A DNA stretch of 64,000 nt, from positions 12,709 to 76,708 of the forward strand of contig JBEKTP010000004.1 of the NCBI GenBank assembly GCA_049515915.1, in the 5' to 3' direction. Of the stretch, positions 6,819-16,463 are shown piece after piece (position 1 is the first letter of the stretch; each line of letters opens with the position of its first letter). A program made the translations under genes and the position numbers. The stretch is from Patescibacteria group bacterium (GTDB lineage: Bacteria > Patescibacteriota > UBA1384 > UBA12157 > JAENIV01). The notes below the pieces were generated by a model. It did not search any database, was not told the DNA's origin, and saw nothing but the letters and a program-made list of their open reading frames with translations.

Positions 6819-8369
6819 TCAAATCGCTTCTTTTAATCTTTTTATTACAAATTTCCTGTCCAAACTTGCCAAAAGCCAGCCGGCTTGCGGGCCGGAATCT
6901 TTGCCGATAAATACTTTATATATGGCTGAAAAAGCATCACGCGGCGAAATTCCCAATTCATTTTTAATAGTATGAATTTCTTTATGCAAATCTTCGCCGG
7001 TCCAAGAATCTTTTGATTTGATAGCATTCGCGACTTTAGAGAGAAATTCTTTCTGTGCGTCCGATAATTCTACTTCGGGCAATTTCTCCGCAATCGTAAA
7101 TTTGTAATTTTCCGGCGCGTAATCCTTCAACCATTTTTGGGCAATTTCGATTCGGCTTTCGATTTCCTTTTTTTCGATATATGATAATACGGCACCCTTT
7201 TCTTTTTGGGCATAATCAAAAATATCGGACCTTGGCATTTGGAGCATATAAGCGATTTTGGAAAAACGCAATAAATATTCCGGCTGTTTACTTGAAGATT
7301 CGATTTCGCTAAAGTAAAACGCCCGGCCAGTATCTGACTTTGGATCTTTTTGATAATCTTTGGCGCAACGATCATATTCGTCGTAGAGCAAAGGAATTGT
7401 ATCTCCGCTTGCGTCGAACTCGATTGCTCTTTTTGCTCGTGTACGAACCATCAAAAATCTTAAAAGATTAGGTGGTAAAATAGCGGCCATCTCTTCGGTC
7501 GAAGCACCCACACCTTTCGAGGTACTCATCTTTTTGCCGCCAACAAGAAGCCATTCATAACCGTAGCCATAAGCGGGTTTAATTTTAAAAATTTCCTCGG
7601 CAATGGCGCGCGCAATATAGAATGTTCCACCTTTAGTATAATGATCTTTGCCAGCCAATTCGACCGACGTGCCAAACTTAAACCATTTCGCCGCCGTTTC
7701 AACTTTATACGGCATTTTACCATTGCCATCAAAGGGGCTGATTTTACCTTCATAACCGCAACCTTTAGCCCACTCGACAAGATTTTCTTCACACCTAAAA
7801 GTCACTTCCTTTCCATCCCAAGCGGTAACCTTAGTTGTACCAATTCTGCCACATTTAGGACAGACGACTTGAAATGGATACCAATCATTCGGTTTTCCGC
7901 CGCCGGAAACTTTCTTGTAAATCTCGCGAATTTTGGGAGCATTATTGAGAATAATTTCGATTGATTTATTATAAGCGCCGGATTTATAAAGCTCTGATGC
8001 CCAAATTATTTTTGCCTGAACACCCAGTGTTTGGAAAACTTTTATGAAACTATCGGCAAAAAAATGAGCAAAATTTTTGTGACCTGATCCGGGAGACGGG
8101 ATATTGCAGAGCGGGACTCCCATATATTTAACATAAGTATTTTTAAATTCTGACGAGAGAGCGTCAACCGGATCAAAATCATCGAAGCCGTAATGAAATT
8201 CACTTTCTTGATTGGATTCCTTCAGCCCTCGATCAATAACATCGTGAATAATAACACCTCGCAGAGCTCCGACATGAATTCGGCCCGAAGGCGTTTTATA
8301 ATCGGTAATTAAATATTTTTTGTCGTCCCGCTTGATAATTTCTTGAACTGTTTCATCAACCCAAAACAT
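6819..8369 (-). CDS. lysS: Lysine--tRNA ligase, class I
   Basis: MFWVDE start, TPSGRIHVG (HIGH-like), CPKCG, GKDH, KMSTSKG, C-terminal SGPQAG. Confidence 0.96.
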   Translation of the reverse strand: MFWVDETVQEIIKRDDKKYLITDYKTPSGRIHVGALRGVIIHDVIDRGLKESNQESEFHYGFDDFDPVDALSSEFKNTYVKYMGVPLCNIPSPGSGHKNFAHFFADSFIKVFQTLGVQAKIIWASELYKSGAYNKSIEIILNNAPKIREIYKKVSGGGKPNDWYPFQVVCPKCGRIGTTKVTAWDGKEVTFRCEENLVEWAKGCGYEGKISPFDGNGKMPYKVETAAKWFKFGTSVELAGKDHYTKGGTFYIARAIAEEIFKIKPAYGYGYEWLLVGGKKMSTSKGVGASTEEMAAILPPNLLRFLMVRTRAKRAIEFDASGDTIPLLYDEYDRCAKDYQKDPKSDTGRAFYFSEIESSSKQPEYLLRFSKIAYMLQMPRSDIFDYAQKEKGAVLSYIEKKEIESRIEIAQKWLKDYAPENYKFTIAEKLPEVELSDAQKEFLSKVANAIKSKDSWTGEDLHKEIHTIKNELGISPRDAFSAIYKVFIGKDSGPQAGWLLASLDRKFVIKRLKEAI

Positions 8370-8525
8370 TGTACCTTTCAGGGAAATCCCAAATCCTAAA
8401 CTTCAAATATCAAATTATTTAGAATTTAGATTTTTGAATTTGATATTTCTAACTTCATCCTATCAAAAAAGAGGCCCAGATTCAATCTCAAAACCTCTTT
8501 TTTGAATATTGTGAGACTTAAAAAG

Positions 8526-8981
8526 CTATTTAATACCGATAATGACGCATTCCATCTTGCCGTTCGGGGTGGAAATTTCGACTTTGTCGCCTTTAGCCTT
8601 ACCCATCAGCGAGTACCCAATCGGCGATTCGGAGGAAATTTTGCCAGCGGCCGGATCAGATTCCGAAGAGCTGACAATGGTGTATTCCAGCGTCTGACCA
8701 TCCATCTTCAACGTCACCGTTGAACCCATTTCGACATTGCCGCTACCGTTTTTAGCAACAATTTTAGCTGAGCGGATCATTTCCTCAATCTCTAAAATTC
8801 TCCCTTCGACAAAAGACTGTTCGTTTTTGGCGTCCTCATACTCGGAATTTTCCGAGAGATCCCCATACTCGCGCGCGTTACGGATTCTTTCAACCACCGT
8901 TTTGCGACGTTCTTTTAAATTGTCCAGTTCTTTTCTAAGCTTTTCTAAACCTTGAGTTGTTAATAATAACTGCCCGGTCAT
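8526..8981 (-). CDS. greA: Transcription elongation factor GreA
   Basis: AREYGDLSENSEY, ISSESPIG. Confidence 0.97.
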   Translation of the reverse strand: MTGQLLLTTQGLEKLRKELDNLKERRKTVVERIRNAREYGDLSENSEYEDAKNEQSFVEGRILEIEEMIRSAKIVAKNGSGNVEMGSTVTLKMDGQTLEYTIVSSSESDPAAGKISSESPIGYSLMGKAKGDKVEISTPNGKMECVIIGIK

Positions 8982-9077
8982 TGAAGTTTCCTCTTTTGGT
9001 TCCTTAAGATGATTTTTATCTATTTTAATACAAATTTATTTTAGCGTCAATAGAAACTAATAAGAATCTGCCTTAAG

Positions 9078-10985
9078 CTACTTTTGAAAGTAATAATTTA
9101 AAATGTCTCGGACGACGGGGCCCGCTTCCGCATAGCCTTCGCCGCCTTGTTCAACCAAAACCGCCACGGCAATTTGAGGGTTATCGTAAGGAGCATAAGC
9201 CGTCATCCAAGCATGAGTTTTACCGGCGACTTCAAACTGGGCCGTGCCGGTTTTGGCGGCGGCCGGAACCGTCAAGCTGCCCAGCTGACTTCGGGCCGAG
9301 CCGCTGGTAACAGCCTCCCGCATTCCTTCTTGAACAACCTGGATATATTGAGGATCAATAAATTTATCTTTCAAAATGTCTTTTTGAAAAACTTCCACGA
9401 CATTGCCATTTTGATCGGTAATTTTATTGACTACTTCCGGCTTTAAAACTTCGCCACCGTTGGCAATCGCCGAAGTGGCCATGACCATTTGTAGCGGGGT
9501 AACCAATAAATCTCCCTGCCCAATGCCTAAGTGATAAGTATCGCCTAAATACCAACTTTCGCCTTTAGTTTTTAGTTTCCAAGCCGGGTCCGGCACCAGT
9601 CCAGTTGCTTCGCCGGGCAGATCAATGCCCGTTTTTTGCCCAAACCCAAATTTAAGCAAATATTTTTTGATCGTTTCGACACCCAAACCCTTGATTTTAT
9701 CCCAACCGCCGGCCACCGAATAAAAAAAGACATCACAACTGACAGCAATCGCTTTACGGACATCGGTTAAACCAAATCCGCCTGGTTTCCAATCGGGATA
9801 AACATAATTACCGACTTTGATTTCACCCGGCGCGTTAATGGTTGTACTGGGGGTGATTTCTCCTTCCTGCAAAGCCATCGAAGCCATAAAAGGTTTAATG
9901 ATTGAACCGGACGGATATTGTCCGGCAATCGCTCGATCGAATAAAGGGTTATCGGGATTTTGTAAGAGCTGCTGGTATTCCTGCGAAGCGGTCGGTCGAG
10001 TAAATAAATTATTATCGTACGAAGGAAGACTAACCAATCCTAAAATTTGGCCGGTCTGCGGATTCATCGCAATCGCCACGCCGCCGGTGCCTTTGGAAGA
10101 TGAAATAACGTTTTGGAGTGAACTGGCCATCACCTGCTCTAAACCGCTATCAATATTTAAAACCAAATTGTCGCCCGGCTGCGGCTCGGTATTTGAAAGC
10201 TGTCTTTGTTGCTGACCTTTGGCATCAACTTCCACTTCGGAAACGCCTGGCACTCCTTTGAGATATTTTTCGTAAGACATTTCCAGTCCGTCTTTGCCGA
10301 TTTCGTCGCTCGATTTGTAACCGGGATTATTTTTAAGTTCTTCCGCCGAAATTTTTCCCACGTATCCTAAAATTGTCGAAAGTCCCGGAATGGTGGCATA
10401 TTGTCGGATCGGATCAGTCGAGACTCCCACCCCGGGCAAATTAGCCGTTTTGACCTGTAGCAGCAAGGCTGTATCCCGATCAAGATTTTGTTTTAAGATG
10501 ACGGGGTCATAAGTCGAAAGTCCTTTTTGAGCCACAGCCGTGGCAATATCATCAACCGGAATTTGAGCAATAAGAGATAAGGTAGTGTAAATGTTTTCTC
10601 GGGCGGATTTATCTTTCGGCAAATCTAAGGGATAAATTTCCAAGCTATAAGAAGCGGTATTTTGAGCTAAAACTTTTCCTTTGGCATCAGTAATTAATCC
10701 CCTGGGGGCGGCGATGTCGCGAACTCTAATTCGATTGCCTTCGGCCAAACTGAGATTAAAACTGCCTTGAGTAATTTGAAGCCGAAGCAGCTGGGCAAAA
10801 AGAGTCCCAAAAATAATTAAGGCGATAAGATAGGCGCCCCAAATAGAGCCGGGTTCTTTCTTGAAAATCTCCCCGCCTTCCGCGTCTGACTTAAAATGCT
10901 CATACTCTAAAGTGTGTTCTTTGAGAATGCGTTTTGACTTATCGCCGGGGAGAGATTTATTGTCAAACAAATCAAATATCGACAT
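9078..10985 (-). CDS. mrdA: Penicillin-binding protein 2
   Basis: N-terminal TM, APRG, GSIIKP (SxxK), SCD, KTGTAQ; follows mreBCD. Confidence 0.93.
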   Translation of the reverse strand: MSIFDLFDNKSLPGDKSKRILKEHTLEYEHFKSDAEGGEIFKKEPGSIWGAYLIALIIFGTLFAQLLRLQITQGSFNLSLAEGNRIRVRDIAAPRGLITDAKGKVLAQNTASYSLEIYPLDLPKDKSARENIYTTLSLIAQIPVDDIATAVAQKGLSTYDPVILKQNLDRDTALLLQVKTANLPGVGVSTDPIRQYATIPGLSTILGYVGKISAEELKNNPGYKSSDEIGKDGLEMSYEKYLKGVPGVSEVEVDAKGQQQRQLSNTEPQPGDNLVLNIDSGLEQVMASSLQNVISSSKGTGGVAIAMNPQTGQILGLVSLPSYDNNLFTRPTASQEYQQLLQNPDNPLFDRAIAGQYPSGSIIKPFMASMALQEGEITPSTTINAPGEIKVGNYVYPDWKPGGFGLTDVRKAIAVSCDVFFYSVAGGWDKIKGLGVETIKKYLLKFGFGQKTGIDLPGEATGLVPDPAWKLKTKGESWYLGDTYHLGIGQGDLLVTPLQMVMATSAIANGGEVLKPEVVNKITDQNGNVVEVFQKDILKDKFIDPQYIQVVQEGMREAVTSGSARSQLGSLTVPAAAKTGTAQFEVAGKTHAWMTAYAPYDNPQIAVAVLVEQGGEGYAEAGPVVRDILNYYFQK

Positions 10986-11463
10986 TTGAGGTAAATTGAA
11001 TTTCGCTTTGGGTCTTAATTACTTTGGCTAAAATCAAAGAGAGAATAATTCCCCAGAGACCGTTAATAACGGGATCAAAAAATAGATTCCAGCCTGTCCA
11101 AGTTAAGGTAAACAGGGATATAAATAAATCAATGGCAAGAAAAGAGCCCGTCATGATAAGAAAGGTAAAGAGCCAGCCGGGGGACGGCAAATATTTTAAA
11201 ACGACAAAATTAATCAAAAGAAGGACGTCGAGAATCGCAAAGGTGTAGACGCCAAACCGAAGAGGGGAGGCTAAATCTAAAACTAGTCCGCCGACGACCG
11301 CCACTAAAAAAGAATCTTCGCGGCGATTTTTCAAAGCAAGAACGATCGCTAAAATAAAAATAATATTCGGAAAAGCACCCAGGGTCGCAAATTTTGAAAA
11401 GATTGACAACTGTAAAATCGTCAAAAAAAAGATGATGATAATTTTAAGGATACTTTTTAACAT
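10972..11463 (-). CDS. mreD: Rod shape-determining protein MreD
   Basis: Multi-TM protein between mreC and pbp2; GGLVLD motif. Confidence 0.75.
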   Translation of the reverse strand: MLKSILKIIIIFFLTILQLSIFSKFATLGAFPNIIFILAIVLALKNRREDSFLVAVVGGLVLDLASPLRFGVYTFAILDVLLLINFVVLKYLPSPGWLFTFLIMTGSFLAIDLFISLFTLTWTGWNLFFDPVINGLWGIILSLILAKVIKTQSEIQFTSNVDI

Positions 11464-11470
11464 TATTTTC

Positions 11471-12262
11471 TTAGGGATTAACGACAAAAACAAATTCCAG
11501 ATAATAAATTTGAATCGGATAGATGACCGTCACTTTTTGGAAAATTTCCCCCTCTTTTGAAATGACGTTTCCGACCTTTCCGACCGCAATGCCCGCCGGT
11601 ATGTCACCGCCTAGACCGGAAGTTACCACCTGTTCACCAGTTTGGATCGTGATATTGAGCGGAATTTCTTCGACCGTCAAACCTTGCAAACCGCCTTGTA
11701 GCAAACCAGTCCCACGCGAATTTTGCAACAGTACCGGAACAATAGAATTATAATCGGTAATCAGACTAACTTCCGCTGACGCTTGGTAGACTTGCTTGAT
11801 CACGCCCACTAAATACCCTTGCGCAATCACCGCCTGGCCAGTCTTGACACCATCTTTTGAACCACGATCGATGACGACCGTTTTTATATAGCCGGAAGAT
11901 GCCCGTCCGATAATGCTGGCTGGCGAAATTTGATAGGTGTTGGCAATACTTTGAGAAATTCCGATTTCATTTTTGAGGATTTCGTTTTCATGCTGGACTT
12001 CTTTTAAAATGGCGATCTGACTTTGAAGGTCTAAATTTTCTTTGATCAGCGCTTGATTTTCTTTACCCAATGAACCCAGTTGAAAAAGCTCGTTGAAAAA
12101 AATACTGGTGCGGTTGGCCGTCACGTTTCCCACAATCGAAAAGGGACGAATCGCGCGATATAATCCATTTTTGGCCGGGTCTAACAAACCTTTTGGATCT
12201 AGAAAAAATCCCAGGATAATAATCGCCAAAGCAAGCCACAAAATACGAAATTTTTTAAACAT
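11471..12262 (-). CDS. mreC: Rod shape-determining protein MreC
   Basis: TM + coiled coil, IDRGSKDGV, VVTSGLGG..PAGIAVG. Confidence 0.93.
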   Translation of the reverse strand: MFKKFRILWLALAIIILGFFLDPKGLLDPAKNGLYRAIRPFSIVGNVTANRTSIFFNELFQLGSLGKENQALIKENLDLQSQIAILKEVQHENEILKNEIGISQSIANTYQISPASIIGRASSGYIKTVVIDRGSKDGVKTGQAVIAQGYLVGVIKQVYQASAEVSLITDYNSIVPVLLQNSRGTGLLQGGLQGLTVEEIPLNITIQTGEQVVTSGLGGDIPAGIAVGKVGNVISKEGEIFQKVTVIYPIQIYYLEFVFVVNP

Positions 12263-12273
12263 TATTTACACCT

Positions 12274-13326
12274 TTAGCTGGGTGAATTACTTGGAAGTAA
12301 AACGTCTTTCAGACTTTCAAGGTCTTCTAAAACCAGGCCTGTCCCTCGAACAACCGAGGTTAAAGGGTCATCGGCAATGTGAACACTGGTCTGAGTCGAT
12401 ATCTTAATAAGCTGATCTAGACCTCGAAGTAAAGCGCCGCCGCCGCAGAGAACAATCCCTTTTTCCATCACATCAGCGACAAGTTCCGGCGGTGTTTCCT
12501 CCATCGTCGCTCGAATCGCCTCGATAATCTGTTGGACTGATTTGCTGATGGCGGTTCGAATTTGGACGTCTGTCACCATTATTTCTTTGGGCAGCCCTGA
12601 GACAAGGTCCCGTCCTCGCATGGGCACATTAATATTTTCTTTGAGCTCGATGGCCGAGCCGGCCGAGAGCTTGATTTCTTCGGCGGTTCTCTCGCCAAGC
12701 AAAAGATTAAATTTGTCTCGGGCAAAATCGATAATATCTTGATTCATCTCGTCGCCAGCCACTCGGATCGAGCGTGAAGCGACAATTCCACCGAGCGATA
12801 TCACTGCCACTTCGGTCGTCCCACCTCCAATATCAACTACCATATTTCCGTTCGCTTCTTGAATCGGCAGCCGAGCCCCAATCGCGGCGGCCACCGGTTC
12901 TTCAATCAAAAAAACATGGCGGGCCCCCGCGTTTAAAGCGGCTTCCTCAACCGCCCGACGTTCTACTTCCGTGACGCCGTAGGGAATCCCGATAACCATC
13001 CGCGGTCTGGGAAACAAGGAAAATTTTTCGCGGTGAACTTTATCAATAAAATATTTGAGCATTTGCTCAGTGACTTCAAAATCGGAAATCACACCGTCAA
13101 CGAGCGGACGAATGGCCACAATGTGAGCCGGCGTTCGCCCAACCATTTTTCGGGCCTCGTTACCGATGGCCAAAATTTCTTTTGATTTTTGATTGATCGC
13201 CACGACCGACGGCTCATTGATGACGATGCCCTTGCCGCGGACATAAACTAACGTATTGGCTGTGCCCAGATCGATGCCAATATCATGAGAGAAAATTCCC
13301 CAAATTCGATCAAGTGTAAATGCCAT
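12274..13326 (-). CDS. mreB: Rod shape-determining protein MreB
   Basis: DIGIDLGTANT, EPVAAAIGA, DIGGGTTE, GGGALL. Confidence 0.98.
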   Translation of the reverse strand: MAFTLDRIWGIFSHDIGIDLGTANTLVYVRGKGIVINEPSVVAINQKSKEILAIGNEARKMVGRTPAHIVAIRPLVDGVISDFEVTEQMLKYFIDKVHREKFSLFPRPRMVIGIPYGVTEVERRAVEEAALNAGARHVFLIEEPVAAAIGARLPIQEANGNMVVDIGGGTTEVAVISLGGIVASRSIRVAGDEMNQDIIDFARDKFNLLLGERTAEEIKLSAGSAIELKENINVPMRGRDLVSGLPKEIMVTDVQIRTAISKSVQQIIEAIRATMEETPPELVADVMEKGIVLCGGGALLRGLDQLIKISTQTSVHIADDPLTSVVRGTGLVLEDLESLKDVLLPSNSPS

Positions 13327-13455
13327 TTTTTAATACTTTTTCTTAAACTCCAGCTTAACAAATAATGCCGCGCCGAACAATGGCGACTCTAAAACCCAAA
13401 AAACAGGCTTTTAACAAAGCCCCTCCTTTATTAACCGTGGCTGTTTAAACTTAAC

Positions 13456-14397
13456 TTAACTTTGATTATTTTTCAAATTGTCGATTTGCTCTTGCAGAGT
13501 TTGGGCAAAAACGGCATGGCCATCTTTCGTATCGAAAAAATAAAGATAATCACTCTTGGCCGGGTGGATGGCGGCCTCGATCGACTTAAGGCCCGGGTTA
13601 CAGATGGGCCCAGGCGGCAAGCCAGTATACAAGTAAGTGTTATACGAAGAATTGACATTTTGATAATCGGCCGTGGTGATCGGATCCCACGAGCCTTTGG
13701 CATATTGGACCGTTGGGTCGGCTTGAAGTTTCATATTAATGGCGAGCCGATTTAAAAAAACTCGCGCAATTTGCGGTCTATCTTCATCAAATTTGGATTC
13801 GCGCTCGACGATCGAAGCTAGGATAATCGTTTGAGTATTAATGTTTAAACCCGATGTTTTTTTATCAAAATTATCAAGCATGGTTTGGCGAATTTCCAGG
13901 GGATCCGTTTTGGGCAAAAAGAAATAAGTGTCGGGAAATAAGTACCCCTCGTCGCCCGAGGCAATCCGCGTTAATGACCCCGCGGTTATAATGCCCTTAG
14001 CGGCCAACAAGGCATCGATTTGGGTTACCCGCCAACCTTCAGGAATCGTTACTTCGTCTTCCGATGACTTTTTGTTTATTAAATCGAGGCAAATTTGACC
14101 TAAACTTTCCGCGGGGGAAATTTTATAAACGCCTGCCTGAATAAAGCCGCCCCGAATTTTGACCTCCACTAAAAATAAAGTTGAGGACCGGATAAAACTT
14201 CCGGTTTTCAAACTGGCGGCAATTTCACGCGTTGTTTCGCCCGATTTGATCGTAAAATCTCGCGCCTTGGCTTTGCGGTCGCGTGGCAAAAAAAGAACAA
14301 TCATCAAAATGACAAAAACCAAAAAAAGTATGATTAACCCAAGAAAAATTCCATTTTTTATATTAAATAAAGTTTTATTTTTGGTGTTTTCCGGCAT
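13456..14397 (-). CDS. mltG: Endolytic transglycosylase MltG
   Basis: TIPEG, EGYLFPDTY, LASIVERE, LQADPTVQY, GLPPGPICNPG. Confidence 0.95.
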   Translation of the reverse strand: MPENTKNKTLFNIKNGIFLGLIILFLVFVILMIVLFLPRDRKAKARDFTIKSGETTREIAASLKTGSFIRSSTLFLVEVKIRGGFIQAGVYKISPAESLGQICLDLINKKSSEDEVTIPEGWRVTQIDALLAAKGIITAGSLTRIASGDEGYLFPDTYFFLPKTDPLEIRQTMLDNFDKKTSGLNINTQTIILASIVERESKFDEDRPQIARVFLNRLAINMKLQADPTVQYAKGSWDPITTADYQNVNSSYNTYLYTGLPPGPICNPGLKSIEAAIHPAKSDYLYFFDTKDGHAVFAQTLQEQIDNLKNNQS

Positions 14398-14782
14398 ATT
14401 GTTCCAAAATTAATTTCGCGGAAATTTTATCAATTTCTTCTTTATATTTTTTTGAACGCGGATTAAGCTTGGTATTTTTAAGTAACCGTTCCGCTTCTTT
14501 GGACGTCAATGTCTCATCAATATAAACGATTGGTAAATGAATATTTTTAGCTAACTCCATGGCGAAAGAACGGATTTTATCCATCTCAAATGTATCATCA
14601 TTTTTCGGAATCCCGACGATTATTTTAGTGATTTGTTCGGCATGGCAAATTTTAGCAATTTCTAAAACGGCCGTTTGATAATTAGAGTTGTCAAGCGTTC
14701 CGTAAGCGCTAACGAGAGAATTCTCGGCCAGAGCCACCCCAATTCTTTTTTCGCCGATATCTAATCCTAAAAATTTTTTCAA
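14375..14782 (-). CDS. ruvX: YqgF/RuvX family nuclease
   Basis: LGLDIGEKRIGVA, DETLTSKEA, IDKISAKLIL. Confidence 0.93.
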   Translation of the reverse strand: MKKFLGLDIGEKRIGVALAENSLVSAYGTLDNSNYQTAVLEIAKICHAEQITKIIVGIPKNDDTFEMDKIRSFAMELAKNIHLPIVYIDETLTSKEAERLLKNTKLNPRSKKYKEEIDKISAKLILEQYAGKHQK

Positions 14783-14796
14783 CTTTACTCCTTAAT

Positions 14797-16461
14797 TTAT
14801 GGGTTATTACCGCTTAAAACATATTGGAGATTGACGCTAACATTTCGGGAATAATTAGGAATTCGCTTAATCCACCAGGATGGGGTGTAGGAAATCTCCG
14901 AACCGCTAACGCCCGAGAGTCCCCCGAGTAGCTGATTAGCTTGAGTTTTATTTTTCCCCAAAAGTTCTTTCTTGATTTGAGCGACATCTAACTTACTTGA
15001 CACTTCGCCGGTGACCGAAACGGTTAAAATTAATTGTTTTTGATCATAATTGGTTTGTTTGACGACTGGTGTAATACTATCGTCGGGGCCGAGACTAATC
15101 ATCTTATCGGCCGGAATTTGCTGCTCCATCTCTTTGATGACAAAATTTTGAAAATTATCTTTTGAGTAGGCCATCACCCGGCCGCGTTCAGTCAAATGCA
15201 TGGTGAAATTAGTGGCTTGATCGCCGACATTGGCCGAGGTGGTCACGCCCTGCGGTTCAATAATTTGCGCTTTATCAATAATTTGTAAACCCGCCGCGTC
15301 TTTTTGAATCTCGGAATTGATCGCCTCGTTTAATTCACTCGTCAATTGAGCTTGGGCTTTATTGTAATCGTCCTGGGAAATAACTTGGACCTGTTTCGAA
15401 TAGCCCCCGCTCAAACTTTGGGTTGACTGCCCATAAATGGCATCTTGCTCGGCAGCGGGTAAATTCACAAAAGCGAAACGGCCGGCTCCGACATTGGAAT
15501 CACTACCGGGATTTTGAGCTTCGATATTGGCATTGACGGTCCCTGGGACAATTTTTAAATTTTGGACAGTCGCCCCCGGTACTACGATCGCATTTTTTAA
15601 AACAAAAGTTTTTGACGAAGACGATAAGATTGTTCCAGCGGAGAAACTGTGAGAGTTAGAGTCCAAACCATTATAAATTACGATCGTGCCCGAAGCTTTG
15701 CCGCCCAAATCTTCTTGACCGGTAGCGGTAAATTGATCCTGTTTATCTTTACTCACGTCAATTAAAGTTCCGGTAAAAACACTCGGATCGCTATTGGCGG
15801 TATCACCGCTAATGGTCATATCTTGGGATTTTTGAAATTTTTCCGCTTGAACTTTAATATTAATCGTCACTTTGGGCAAAACAAAATAAGAACCGACTAA
15901 AACTAACAAAATTACAAAGCCTAAAATCGGCAAGACAATTTTTCCAATTCGAGGCCAATTAATCCGGTGTCCGATTTTAAGATTTTTAGCCTTTGAAAAA
16001 GCAGGCGATGGAACGAACTTTTCTTTTTCACTTTCGATCGGCTTAGGAATAATTTTAGGAGGTTCGACGCTGGCTCTTGGGCGCCCCTGAAAATGATGAA
16101 CACTGACTCCGGCCGGTTCTTCCGATCCCAAAGTTTTTCTCATATCGATTTCTAAAACTTCCTCTTTGGCAAGGTCTGGTTTGGGCGGCTGATAAATAGG
16201 TCGGGGGTCTTTTAATGATTCATAAACAGTCAGTCCTACTTGAGCAGCTAAGTTGCGTCCAATTTTATCCGCCGTCACGATCGCGATCTCTTTACCCAAA
16301 TTACCCGCTTCTTTCAAAAGCAACTTCAAATTGATGACGCTCTGTAGAATAGTCGCGCCGCGCGGCACGACTAAACTGATCCGATGCCCAGTCGATTGCC
16401 TAAGCTTATCGATAACGGAAGTAATTTCTTCATCTGGTTCTAAATAAAGTATTTCACCCAT
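14797..16461 (-). CDS. Membrane protein with baseplate-J-like extracytoplasmic domain
   Basis: N-terminal YLEPDEEITSVID domain, one TM near aa 175-195, then ASGTIVIYN...AGT...PG...N...SGG pattern. Confidence 0.65.
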   Translation of the reverse strand: MGEILYLEPDEEITSVIDKLRQSTGHRISLVVPRGATILQSVINLKLLLKEAGNLGKEIAIVTADKIGRNLAAQVGLTVYESLKDPRPIYQPPKPDLAKEEVLEIDMRKTLGSEEPAGVSVHHFQGRPRASVEPPKIIPKPIESEKEKFVPSPAFSKAKNLKIGHRINWPRIGKIVLPILGFVILLVLVGSYFVLPKVTINIKVQAEKFQKSQDMTISGDTANSDPSVFTGTLIDVSKDKQDQFTATGQEDLGGKASGTIVIYNGLDSNSHSFSAGTILSSSSKTFVLKNAIVVPGATVQNLKIVPGTVNANIEAQNPGSDSNVGAGRFAFVNLPAAEQDAIYGQSTQSLSGGYSKQVQVISQDDYNKAQAQLTSELNEAINSEIQKDAAGLQIIDKAQIIEPQGVTTSANVGDQATNFTMHLTERGRVMAYSKDNFQNFVIKEMEQQIPADKMISLGPDDSITPVVKQTNYDQKQLILTVSVTGEVSSKLDVAQIKKELLGKNKTQANQLLGGLSGVSGSEISYTPSWWIKRIPNYSRNVSVNLQYVLSGNNP

Positions 16462-16463
16462 AA

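Noticed and set aside
14797-16461. Prophage or contractile injection system suggested by the baseplate-J-like domain
   Set aside because: No other phage or tail genes; the gene has a TM anchor and sits in a housekeeping operon.
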